DNA of 64,000 nucleotides from Zygnema circumcarinatum SAG 698-1b (Eukaryota > Plantae > Zygnematophyceae), in the NCBI GenBank assembly GCA_037447605.1, contig CM074812.1, forward strand, positions 1,116,001-1,180,000, in the 5' to 3' direction. The translations under genes and the position numbers were made by a program. Below, piece after piece: positions 1 to 30,771 of this stretch; positions within the stretch are counted from its first letter, which is position 1, and every line of letters begins with the position of its first letter. The notes under the pieces are model-generated. The model had not been told where the DNA came from, made no database searches, and was given only the letters and a program-made list of their open reading frames with translations.

Positions 1-224
1 CGTACAGCACCTGCAACTAGCTCAGCAGTCTCCTCTTAACCCCACTTATCTTGTGCTACACCGTCGATGGTGCGGGACAGACTTCGCAAAATCGTACGAA
101 ATACACTTCTGAAAACAGAGGGAGTACTTTTCTACAACTGGCGCGCTATTCCTTTGAGTACTCGCTCTGATTATAAACGTACGCAATGGACAACCGTACT
201 GGGGATTTTATGTCTGCTAATCTC

Positions 225-770
225 AACCGTTGAAATGGTTGGCAGTCAGGTCGGGACCCAACCAACCAATTGCCAATGGTTATAACTTTAATGGTTGGCA
301 GCCATTGTGGTTGCCAACCAATGTTTGGCGTCCCAGCAAACCATTTTCACACTGGTCGCGAACCATAGGCGTGGGACCCAGCCAACCATTGCGAATGGTT
401 GGCAACCATTGGCATTGGGGTCGGACACAAATCAGTTCACTGCCAATGAACCCATTGCTCAAGGATTCAAAATATTTTTTCGCGAAAACTTTCAGTTGCT
501 ATTAATCGTAATCAGCGGAATAATGGTCAGAGCGAATGAAGGGCAAATTCAGAGTCAGGTCAGGTCAGAGCACGTCGCTCCATCGAATGTACGACGAGGC
601 TTCATTACTGTACCAGTCGGCCGCAATTTTGAACTTTCTAAGCAAATGTGCCATGATTTGAACCATTTGATGGGCGGGTAGGTACTGGTTGGAACCAATC
701 GATGTACCATTCCAATGGTTGTTCGCCCAACCATTGGTTTCCCAACCATTGCCATCCACTGGCTGGACGT
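225..770. repeat. Dispersed CCATTG/AATGGTTGG-motif element with two motif clusters around an AT-richer core, 3' of APC1
   Basis: Repeated near-palindromic aatggttgg..caaccatt motifs at ~230-460 and ~660-770. The same motif family occurs at 29431-30075 and in the 37-42 kb satellite monomer. Confidence 0.55.
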
Positions 771-1068
771 CGGAGAAGCCCCTCGTTCCGAAGTCTGGCA
801 TGACATCACATTACATGGACACCGCAACACATGGCATCGCATTGCGTCAAAGTGAGCCGTGCGCCATCCCATCACACATCGCGAAGGAGCAGCTCTCAGC
901 CACTCATTCCATACAAAAGCTTCCTTCCCATTTCTCAAAGTCGTGCAATCTCTGCCTACTTCAGTCGAGCTGCTGCAAAGGCACGCCCTACTATGCTTGT
1001 TATTGACATGGCCCCTTTGGGACATATCCTCCTCCTCCTCCTATCTCCAACCCTTCCCCCTCCCCCTA

Positions 1069-20501
<19,433 letters not shown>

Positions 20502-20564
20502 GGAGTGCCACGTGGCGGCCTCCCCGGGCTTCCGGGGCGCGCTCCAAAGGGAAGGCGTACTCAA

Positions 20565-20732
20565 GTGCTGACACGTGGCGGTACAACCTCAAAAACCCGG
20601 AAAAGTTCTTACGACGGGCAGGTTTTTTCAACGAATCATGTGCGGATACGTGGTGCCCCGACGTAAAAACCAGGAAAAGTTCTTACAACGGGCAGATGTT
20701 TCAACAGGATACATACAAGAAGTCAAACCCTA
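20565..20732. promoter_or_regulatory. APC1 proximal promoter: G-box-containing module with duplicated CCGGAAAAGTTCTTACAACGGGCAG motif and a telo-box (AAACCCTA 20725-20732)
   Basis: Two copies of the motif at 20596-20637 and 20670-20706, 100-200 bp upstream of the ATG; homologous to 25175-25215 and 25711-25751. Confidence 0.55.
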
Positions 20733-20854
20733 GCGTCCGTACACGATCGGACAGCCAGGAACGCTCGCAGGTGGAAATCCGACGGTCAGGATCCAACAAG
20801 TACCTACGTGGAAAATTCAATAGCCGGTTTCCCAATCTCTGCTGACGTGACGTA

Positions 20855-21086
20855 TCCAACGGCCATGCAAGTATCCAACTGTCAAAATCTCTGCTGACGT
20901 TGTATATCTAACGGCCCGCCTCTTCGCATGTATGGTACGGTTGACAACTTCGGAATCTCAAGCCTGTCCACGTGGCCATAATCCCAAACCGTCCCACGCG
21001 CCTTTCCAACGGTCTGGATTTTACACGTGTCTAGGCATATCCAACGGCCATCTTCTCCCAATCTTGCCAACATCTATCCAACGGTC
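20855..21086. promoter_or_regulatory. Cluster of five MSA-like (YCYAACGGYY) elements upstream of APC1
   Basis: TCCAACGGCCA 20855, TCTAACGGCC 20907, TCCAACGGTC 21005, TCCAACGGCCA 21040, TCCAACGGTC 21077. Confidence 0.5.
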
Positions 21087-22602
21087 TGAATTTCACGAGT
21101 GTTCACGCGGACGGTGGGCTTTACGACGTCGTATAGTACCATGCTTCAGTGCAACTCTCGGCATGTATACAAAAAAAAAAAAAAAGAAAAAAAAAACAAG
21201 GAACACGTGAATGTTGTATCCCATCCGCAAGTGTATCCCACACCCGCCCATTGTACATATCTCATGAGTGTTTCAAGCTCATGAACTGATGACATATTCA
21301 AACCGGCCTCCCACAAGCCTTCCCCTCCACCATGTTCCTTGCAAAGGGAACATAAGAAGAAGATGAGGGCGAAGAAGAGAAGAGAATTAAGAAAGGAGAG
21401 AAGTGAGGAGACAGCGAAGGATAGGGGGGGGGGAGGGGGGGAGGGGGGAGGGATTTGGTGATAGAGGGGAATGGAGGGTAGTCAAGCAGAAATCCAACCT
21501 TCTATTGGCAAGTAACGCCAACCGCTTGCACTCCTCACCACAAAGCAAAACAATCGAAAACTGAATATTCTAAAAAAATAATTGTAAGTTGGGAAACAAT
21601 TCTAAGACTTTGCGAGCAGCTATTATCCACATTCACACCTCGCCTCAATTTTGTAGAATGAAGCATCAGGATTTCCACCAAATTGCCTGATCAGGGAGAA
21701 CAGGTGCTACAGGCCTGAATCATACCACTACTACTACTACTTCTACTACTACCAAATGACAGTTCATGCATCATGATCAGCTGGACATGTTCACCGTTCA
21801 TCACGAAGCCAAAGACATGACGTTAAGACGACGAATCTAAGCTCCTGCAGAAGAAGCATTCGTCTTTCAAAAACATTTGAAGGCCTGTGCTTGCATAGCT
21901 TGACTGTGATGAACGCGGGAACACAAATATTAATCTTCTGTGATAAATTTCCTTCCCTATTGACCGATGCACAACGTCTTCCTCTCCCTGCGAGACATAG
22001 GAGACTTCAAGCTTGAAGAGTCACATCATCCCGTGGGTACAGTTTGATCGGCCATTCTTTCTCAGAGCTGTCCAGGATGCATCGCGAGATAATTCTGACA
22101 AGTGCCGCAAGAAATCCTCCTTCCTCCTTCACAGCAGTTCCAAGTGTCTGACCAGCATTCAGCCTCCATCTGAGTGCAAAATAAGTGACTTGCGCGCATG
22201 AATGACACCCCTGCGGATTCACCCCTGTTGGCTGACCTTGGAGGAGCCTTGACGTGCTAGTGCTGAATGTTCGAACACCTGAACTGAATCCAAACTTTAG
22301 CAGGAGTTGGAAAGGTTCACTGCTCCAGAACGAATCCATGTTGCACAATGGACAGGCATTGCACTTGCAATGCCTAAAATAATGGAACGATCAATGAATC
22401 TGCCTGACAAACGCAGAGAGGGTCGCTTCAAGAAGGTTCGTGACCCTGGGCGTTTCGTTCTCCAGTGAGCATCTCATGGCTTTTCAGTATGGCACTTGAG
22501 TTGCTGCCAATGAGAGGCCGCCAAATGAGCAGCCCAATGCAGATGGTATCCCGCCGAAGATCACGGTGCACACATGGGTGCAGCAGATATACAAGGAAGA
22601 CT

Positions 22603-24728
22603 TCATTCACTTGAACTTCCCCAAGTATCCGCCGGATCGTGTTCTCCTAGCGTCAAGAACTCTTTCTTCTTGCCCTGAAAATGCACTGCTAGGAACTGAA
22701 CTGGGCCCTTCTGTGGCTCTTTAAGCCACGCTTCATAGTAGGCATAATTGACCGATGTTGGACACTTGTCTTTAAGAGAGAATTTGAAGCTCATAGTTGC
22801 AGTTGTGATGGAGAAGTTGTTGTCAAACATGCAACGACCGTTGTCAGACCAGGTGGTATTCTGACACATGTGGGGCTGGCAAAACGACTGTACAGGAAAT
22901 TTTGGAGTGAAGCTGTCTCGCATACGCAAGGCAGCTTCGCCTGCAATGCCTCCCGTTTTCTCTGCCAAGCAGGGTGGAAGCAGATCCTGATAAGCCCGAG
23001 ACCATAAACCCGGCACAAACATTAGTAGCATTCAGCCGGCAGAAGCGCACAGAAGTACCCGACATTTTCACAAAGACAGCCACCTTGACTGCTAAGCCAC
23101 GACTCTCAATCCAATCGTCTTTGGTGTGCTCGCACACATAACACTTCAGAGGACCATGCCAATGGAGATAGTACGGCGCACCTGAAGCCAGCACTCGGCG
23201 AATGTGTACCATCCCATGGCAATCATGTCATTGTATTGTGGCAGAAGCACTAGCTCCTTTGAGCCGGGTGTGCCTCCAAACAAACCCAACTCAAAAACCT
23301 TGAGCAGAAAAAGGCACCAGTCCACCAGCCCCTCATATGAAAAGAGTGCGGTATGGCCTGCAACGGCTGTTGAGACGTATTGATTGGTCCGAAGGGGTGG
23401 CCGCAGGCTTGGCCATCTTGCTGGCAGCACGATGTGAGATTGTGGAAACATCCATGCTGCAACATCACCATGTAATTGGAGATCATTAAAAGTATACTGC
23501 AGAAGAGAATTTATTCAAGTAAAGCCAAATGCGTCAAAACGAACCAGAACATATTCCAGCCCTTGCTCATGCTCTGCCATTCACAAGGCAGCCAGGGTTC
23601 AAATGCATTACAGCCACGAACAGGAAGCAAAGGCATTTGTATACCAGACTCGTCCACCTGGTGCATCACATTTCTGTCCTATCAACACGCCTTGCACACA
23701 AAAAAAATGGAGATATGTCGATTATAAAGCTCCAATGCTAAAAAAACTCCCGACCACTCAGAAAACTCTTTTTCATTGATACCCTGCCATTTAAAAAAAA
23801 TCCAGCATTGATTAGCTTGCATCATTCGAAAGTTTGATTTTTTTGACAGAGTTCACGCCGATGGGGAGCAACCGAACCCTCGTTGAGGTTTTTTTAACAA
23901 TAATCAATACCACTCTTTCCCCTCTAGCTAGATTGGCCATATCACACATTCAACGAAGATTCGATGCCCTATGTAGTTGAAAAAAAAACATCTATGGCCT
24001 TCTTACCTGCCAATTCGGTGACATTGGCATATAGCATCACTTCCGTCGCCATGTAAAAAACTCGGGCATAGTCGTGTTTCTCCAGAAACCTTTTCAATAT
24101 GAACCACCGCACCTGACAATAGAAACAGCCCGGCCGAGGTTCACAACCAAGGAAAGGCAAGAGACACCACCTTATATTCCAGCAACAGGGATTCTCAATT
24201 TGTAGCATGCCTTACATGATTGTCCACAACGCTTCCAACGTTACGCAAAAACCACTCGAACACATCCTCATACTCTTGGTACACCTCATATCGCACGCCC
24301 TGCTCAGAGTAAAAAGCCCGACATTCCTCCGGACCGATGAAAAAAACAGGGTCATTCAACTTCACAGCCTGTTCAACGACCGTTCTCACATAGTGCCCCT
24401 CCACACAAGGCATATCTCCCGGCTTTGCGAAATAAAAAACGAGAGGAACCTTCTCAACCACGTCCTCCGGATTCCATTCCGACCTAATAGGGGGCGATAA
24501 GGAGGCCAAAGTTGGATATGTGTACACAAAACTATCCGGCTTGATTGTGCGTATGAGATCTCCTCTTTCCTCAATGTCAACAGGAGGGTGTATAATCTCC
24601 AGCAGGTACACAGTGAAGAACTCAAGAATGTAGCTCAGATGAAGAGCAACGTAGAGCATTACCGCCAGATACAATATGCGAGTGATGGCCGCTCTCGGTA
24701 TGAGTGAGCGCGCACTACGGCCTGCCAT
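22603..24728 (-). CDS. Uncharacterised type-II membrane protein, glycosyltransferase-like (about 4 exons)
   Basis: N-terminal TM segment (ILYLAVMLYVALHLSYILEFF). Spliced in frame: exon 24728-24216, exon VRWFILKRFLEKHDYARVFYMATEVMLYANVTE (~24115-24005), exon ..YVSTAVAGHTALFSYEGL..YNDM (~23410-23180), last exon with FDNN and HFQGKKK, stop at 22603. The family assignment is from remembered motif resemblance only. Confidence 0.7.
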
Positions 24729-24999
24729 GCCGCCGCCGCAGTCAGATCAACGCAAGGGGCTTGCAGGAGCATCACTACTCCATGGAGGAAACCCTTAAAA
24801 AGCAACTGAGCTCGCTGATGATGAAGGTACGCAAGCCCTAATATCGAGATACATCGCAACCAGAAACGGAGACACCCCTGTTACTGTTCTGCGGCTTCTG
24901 CCCCAACGCTGCGGTGAAGAAACAGTGGAACTGCAACTGGAACTAGGACAACGTACGAAAATATTGTGTTTAGAATCACACTTTGTGATAATAAACTCT

Positions 25000-25760
25000 T
25001 GTGACGGCGCGGCCTACCGCCGCGCGCCACGTGACCAACCCCGACGCCCCGTGTTCACCCCAAACAAACAAGGGCAAACCCTAGCGCTCTGTTCAGACTG
25101 GGACCAAATCACCTAGGGACCTCGGATATCCGCGAATTGCGTGCTGACACCTGGCATCACATAAATAAAAAAAGCCCGGAAACGTTTTTACAACGGGCAG
25201 ATGTTTCAACGAATCGCGTGCTGACGAGTGGCGCATAGCTAAAAGCAATCACACAATATTGTGATTATCACAGAGAATTAGATTTTAAAAGGGAAGGGGA
25301 TGATGTTTGATTGAACTCACGATGGCAAGGCCATCAAATGTACATGGATAAAATCGACATAGGGAACCAAAAGAAGCGGTCACAATGGACATAAGGACAA
25401 AGAAAAAGCCTCGAAACGGAAACCAACTTCTAGGCTCAACAACACGGCACTAGAAGCAGCCGCGAAGGGCTTTCTTTTTTCTATCACAACAAAAGTGTGA
25501 CTGCGTAAAAACAGTGTTAAAGTCACACAACTCCTGTGACGGCGCGGCCTACCGCCGCGTGCCACGTGGCAAATCCCGACGCCCCGTGTTCGCACGAAAC
25601 GAAGTACAAGGGCACACCCAAGCGGTCTGTTCAGACCGGGACCAAATCACCTAAAGGACATATGATATTGGCGAATCGCGTGCTGACACGTGACGTCACA
25701 TAATAATAAGCCCGGAAACGTTTTCACAACGGGCAGAAGCTTCAACGAATCGCGTGCGAA
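25000..25760. repeat. Two diverged ~225-bp direct repeats (25000-25226 and 25535-25760) in the divergent promoter
   Basis: Both begin tgtgacggcgcggcctaccgccgcg..ccacgtg and share ctgttcagac(t/c)gggaccaaatcacct and cccggaaacgtttt..acaacgggcaga..ttcaacgaatcgcgtg. Confidence 0.9.
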
Positions 25761-25938
25761 CACGTGGCGTCACTGAAACAATGTCCGTCACATTTCACGG
25801 GACGGGAACTGCTACATGGAACCCGTTGCCAGTCTGGGTCTCCCCCTGCGGCAGCCGCCATAGCTCGAGGGAAGAAGGGGCGAGGGAGAGCCGGAGGAGT
25901 GGGGGCTTCGCGGGGAGGGAGCCGAGGAGGCGGCAGCC

Positions 25939-28900
25939 ATGGCGGGCGGCGACTCGCGGGTGCATGATGTGGCGGTGGTGGGCGGTGGGCTGGCGGGCCT
26001 GCAGGCGGCGCGCTGCCTCGCAGCGGAGGCGCCCTCCCTCTCCGTCGTGCTCCTGGAAGCGGCCCCGAGCCTGGGCGGGCGCCTGCGCGCCCTGCACGGC
26101 CTGGCGCCATGGCCCGTCGAGGTCAGCGCCTGCCCTGAAGGAGCCCAGACTTTTCGGGAAGAGGGATGAAGCGCGCTGGGTGGTGCGCACACGCAATCGT
26201 AGCTGCTAACTACCAATTTGTGCAGGGTCTTAATCCTGTGTCATGCAAAATCGCGAATTTCATCTGATCGTGCATCCTGCCTCCTGCATCTTACGTCTCG
26301 CGTCATGCACACGAGGTCGCAGTCGAGTTAAACCCCTATATTGGACTGTTGTCACCGTAACTTTGGAATGTGTGGTGTCGATAGGGCGTAGCTGTGTTTG
26401 GTCGGCGTGTGGTTGTGTGTGCCTTGCTGCATTCTAAGCTTTGAGGGCATTTGAACGGCGAGAGTGTGGAGTATAGAGTTTTCGCCCAAGCTCGGTAGTC
26501 AGCATAGCCGGAAAGAGTGACTATCACTAAGCCTGAATCCCTTCACTTCGGATGATGACATCTCGTAAAGTAACTTTACTACTTTACAAAATTCGCGAAC
26601 CATGATTCTTGCAAATTACGCAACCGCACATTTATCAAGTTCGTATTTCACAACTATGTTCTTATGTCATGACCTTCGCTGAACCCACTAGACTCACAAA
26701 TCTCATCACACAATTTTCTGACACTCTCTGTAAAGTGGAGGTGATGGACACGATGTCATCCCGACTCCATTTTTCAACAGCATAGGTGTCCGTTGAAGAA
26801 AGATGCTTTTGTGAACAAAATAGACCTTGTAATTCCCTGCCTTTCATTTTTATACTCTGTTGTTTCGCGAAGGAAACTTCTTGACTCCTTCACATCCATC
26901 CATGTACTGTAGCATATAACGCTTGATAGCTGGCCTTTCCTGACTGAGCACTTGCTCAAACTGCAGGCAGGTGCCGAATTTCTTCATGGCAGCTTGCACT
27001 CATCCATTGAGAGAGTCGCTACTGCTATGGGATGCCATCAACGCGAGCTCCCATATCATATCCTGACGCAGCAAGTCGTTCTCATGACAAATTGACATCT
27101 GAACCGTGGACATGTTCGTTTTTCATATTATATCCTCTTACAATAAGCCATCACTTAGGACGCAGATTACAGCACGTGGACGCTTTAGCATGCTTGCATT
27201 TTGTTCGACTAGAGTAGATTTTGTAAACTTTTTCGAATGAGTAGTTCCTTAACTTTCTCCACCCGATCATTATTTTTTTGGAGATTCCGGGCAGCTCCTA
27301 TCTGGAGAGGATGCTGAAAAGCGTTCAGAGTTGGGCCAGATTCACAAGCTCTTTGCAGATTTAGCAAATGAGGACATGTCAGGAACTGATGTGTCAGTTG
27401 CTGAGCACCTTCGTAATAAAGGCCTTTCCCCATCTCAGCTTCAGTTTGCAGAAGGTCAGTGCTGATTGAGTTATTCTTTACTTTTAGCGCAGAGATGTAG
27501 ACTGTTGGATTTGTGTCATCAAAAACGTCACTCTGGTCGACCTCAGTATTGTTTTGGCCCAGCCAAGATGTTCAGCATGCATCACTCTGACAAAATGCTC
27601 CTTTGTCTTGCAGCAATCTATGCAAATGACTTTGGTTGCTCACTGAAGGACTTAGGTCTCCACGAATGTATTCATGAGTCGCAGCATTGGATATACGGAG
27701 ACACCTACCTCATTCTTGATCGTCCCCTCTCTTCTGTCATCAGTTGGCTTTCACAAGGCCTTAAGGTATGTTTGTCTTCATGGTTTTCTCATTTCAATGT
27801 TTAGGTAGAGGTCTGCTTGAGTGTATTGCAGCTTGTCTGGAATGCTCAGGCAAGCGTATGTATTCCCCATTTTATACTGAGTTCATGTCAAGGCTACAGT
27901 TTGTTATGCGATTATTCAATGAAGTCAAGGTTTGTGCCGTTGATTTTTTTTCGCTGCGTTGCTTTTTTGGTTTAACTCTAGCCTTTTTTTTTTTGAACAG
28001 ATCCGATGCAATTGGCCAGTGGCTTCAATCCAGTATAGTGAACATGATTATTTGGTACGAATAAAAAATCAAAGAGGCGAACTGGTTACTGCCAAGAAAG
28101 TTGTTATTGCGCTTCCACTGGTAAATCCTACCCTTGTCGAATCCGCCACGTACGAAGAGAAATATTGACCATGGCGGACCATGACCATGACCATCATACA
28201 TGTTTGGAAAAAATAGACTTCTTTTATTTGCTTTGAAGCACCATTTTTCATCGGGTATGGCGTTTGGGTACGACTGCAGACTGTGCTCAAGGAAGGAGAC
28301 ATTACCTTTGTTCCTCCCCTTCCCAAGGAAAAGATAGCGGCTATAAATGCCATAGGCATGTCAAATGCAGTAAAGGTAAGTAAGCCTTCCTTTCTTAGCG
28401 CTTGCCTGTTCCCCCCTTTTGTATTTAGGTTTTTCTTTGTCCTTTTCTACTGTTTCTTCCTTTTCTCTGCAGGAAATCATGTTGGAATGACATGAAGTTT
28501 GATTGGTTGCGGTCGATGCAGGTCGTGCTATCGTTTTCTCATCGATTTTGGCCGGATCATCTATTTGATATTGTGTGCGCGGGGTGTTTCCTGCCGGAAA
28601 TTTGGATGACCCGTTACCCTCCAGCAGCCATAAAAGCAGCTGATGAGCCTCTTGGAAATTGTGTTGCCATTGGGTTTGCTGCTGGTGAGTTTGCTCTGAG
28701 AATAAGCAGTCTTTCAGAAGATGAGGCATTTCAACAAGCGCTCTCTCAGCTAGACACAATTTTTGGCACAACTTACGAGACTTCATCAACAGTAGAACAA
28801 CAGAAAGAGGCACTGAATAGTGATAACTTGCGAACGGGCTTCATTGTCACGAGGAGAGACTATCGCGGCCTTTCAATTCCTTCTAGCTCTACGAGAGATA

Positions 28901-29184
28901 GATTGAAGCTTTTAGACCCATTAAAATTCCCTGCATCAAGCAGCTTTATGGGGGGATGCATAGTTGACTGGTCCAAAGAGCCCTTTATAAGGGGAGCCTA
29001 CACTCATCCCACGGTAGGGGCACATGGAGCGAGGGAGGAGTTGGCTAAACCGGTGGGGCAGCATCTGTTCTTCGCGGGAGAAGCCTCTCATTCGGGAGTG
29101 AACCCATGCATGCAGGCCGCCATGGATACGGGAGAGAGAGCGGCCATGGAGGTCATAGCAGCATGCACTCACAGCAGGCTTTAG
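25939..29184 (+). CDS. Flavin-containing amine oxidase (polyamine oxidase/LSD1-like amine oxidase fold), 7 exons
   Basis: FAD-binding VAVVGGGLAGLQAA..VVLLEAAPSLGGR, then GAEFLHG, and C-terminal DWSKEPFIRGAYTHP..LFFAGEA..MQAAMDTGERAA; stop at 29184. Confidence 0.93.
27058..27262 (+). other. U12-type (minor spliceosome) AT-AC intron in the amine oxidase gene
   Basis: 5' end ATATCCTG, branch point TTCCTTAAC at 27245-27253, 3' end CAC. Removal restores the frame as ELPY-P-DHYFFG. Confidence 0.9.
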
Positions 29185-29430
29185 TCGCTTACAGGATTGG
29201 CAGATTGCGGATGGTTTGGAAGTATGGCAAACGTTTCTAATAATTACAGAATTGGAGTTTCATGGCGCCGTGACTTGCAGTGTGCCTCATCCTTGAATTT
29301 TTTTGACAGCTTTATGCAGATTGGTTGAGCTAAAAGTCCGAAGTTCTTGAAACTCACTTGAACCTCGCAATCCATGCGACGTGCGTGAGAAAAGGGATGT
29401 GAAATTACGTGTGTGACCCACCTGAGTGGT

Positions 29431-30075
29431 TTTTCCATTGCAAACTACAGTCGAGCATCTTCCAATGGCGATACGCGATATATCGATATGGCGATATGGC
29501 CATTGGAAGTTGCCCCACTAACTTTTGCAATGGAGAAAGGCCCTTAGCGCAGGGGGCAATGCTCGGTATAGCATAGGTTGGACCATCGGATCAGAAACCA
29601 TTGGCCAAACGTTGCACGCAAATGGTTGGCAACCGTTGCCAACGTTGGCAAGCAACGGGTCACACCACTGGAGATTGTTGGCTAGATCAGCAATCCACTG
29701 GTTGCAGCAATTAGCAATGTTTGCCTGGGTTCGCTTATCAATGGTTGCAACCGGTGCCAACGGTTGGAGCCACTACCAAACTTACCTGCGAAAAAAGTTG
29801 TCAGTTTGTAGATATGATCCTTTCGTCTCTACCAACACCAGAGAGGGACTGCGTTAACGATCCCAGAACTAAAATTTCTAAAAATTAGCAAATGATATTT
29901 ATCACTGAACCAGGCAGGAAGCAGTCTGGCAGTGATTGCCAATCATTGGCAATGGCTGGCAACCAACGGTTGTATTCATGGCTGGCTACCCCAACCGATG
30001 ATTGGCGCCTCCGCCAACCAATGGCTGCTACCATTGGCAGTGATTGCCTGAGCTGCCAACCAGCGGTTGGCCCAC
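29431..30075. repeat. Dispersed CCATTG/CAACGG-motif element with a nested 108-bp palindrome at its left end
   Basis: Palindrome at 29431-29538; motif clusters at 29560-29780 and 29920-30075. 29950-29975 is a reverse-strand copy of the satellite monomer. Confidence 0.65.
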
Positions 30076-30393
30076 ATCCCAAAATTAATGTCCTATCAGA
30101 CAGGTCGTACCATCCGTACATCGTTTCCCGACAAATCCTCCGTTGTCTGCACCAATAGGACGCGACGGCAGTGCCATCCGTACGCCACGTCGTCCCTCAT
30201 TGAAAATGAATGCCCAGATTCTTTTTGTCCTACGTGTCATCCATCCATTTGTCCACGTCAAAAAATCCCTCGAGTGCAGCCAATCCGCCATCACCCGTGG
30301 CATCCGTATGGTTCGTACAGTTCCTCGGACCAACGCTGGCCGCCAGCGCGACAGCGGACGCCGCATCAGCAGTGATTTTTCACTTTTTGCTGA

Positions 30394-30536
30394 CGTGGCG
30401 TTATCATATTGGCCCATTCCGGTTTCCAGTGTCCACGTCAGTGCTTGCTGATGCGGCGCTGGCACACAACTCGACTGCCGACACCGCGTCAGCATTGTCA
30501 ATTCCACTTTGTGGTGACGTGTCGGTCTCCCATTGG
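30394..30536. promoter_or_regulatory. Two ERSE-like composite sites (CGTG(G)-spacer-ATTGG) upstream of B12D
   Basis: TGACGTGG-N9-ATTGG at 30391-30412; CGTG-N10-ATTGG at 30518-30536. Confidence 0.5.
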
Positions 30537-30771
30537 CTCTCACTCAACCCGGGGGACTCGATAAAGCGGCGGGAGGCCCCCTCGGCCCCTCAGACCACCA
30601 GCAAAGCCTCCGCCAGCCTCCTGAAAGACAAGCCTGCCACCCTTCCTCCCTCCCTCCCTCTGCTCTGAACTGCTTCTACGCGCCTGCTGCTGCTCCCTCC
30701 TTCTTCTCTCAAGGGCGCCACATTGCTCTCAAATTCCTCATTTCTTCTCTCCGTGAGCATTCTCGGAAGCC

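Noticed and set aside
22007-22348. 113-aa minus-strand ORF downstream of the GT-like gene
   Set aside because: No recognisable similarity and no in-frame splice link past the stop at 22603.
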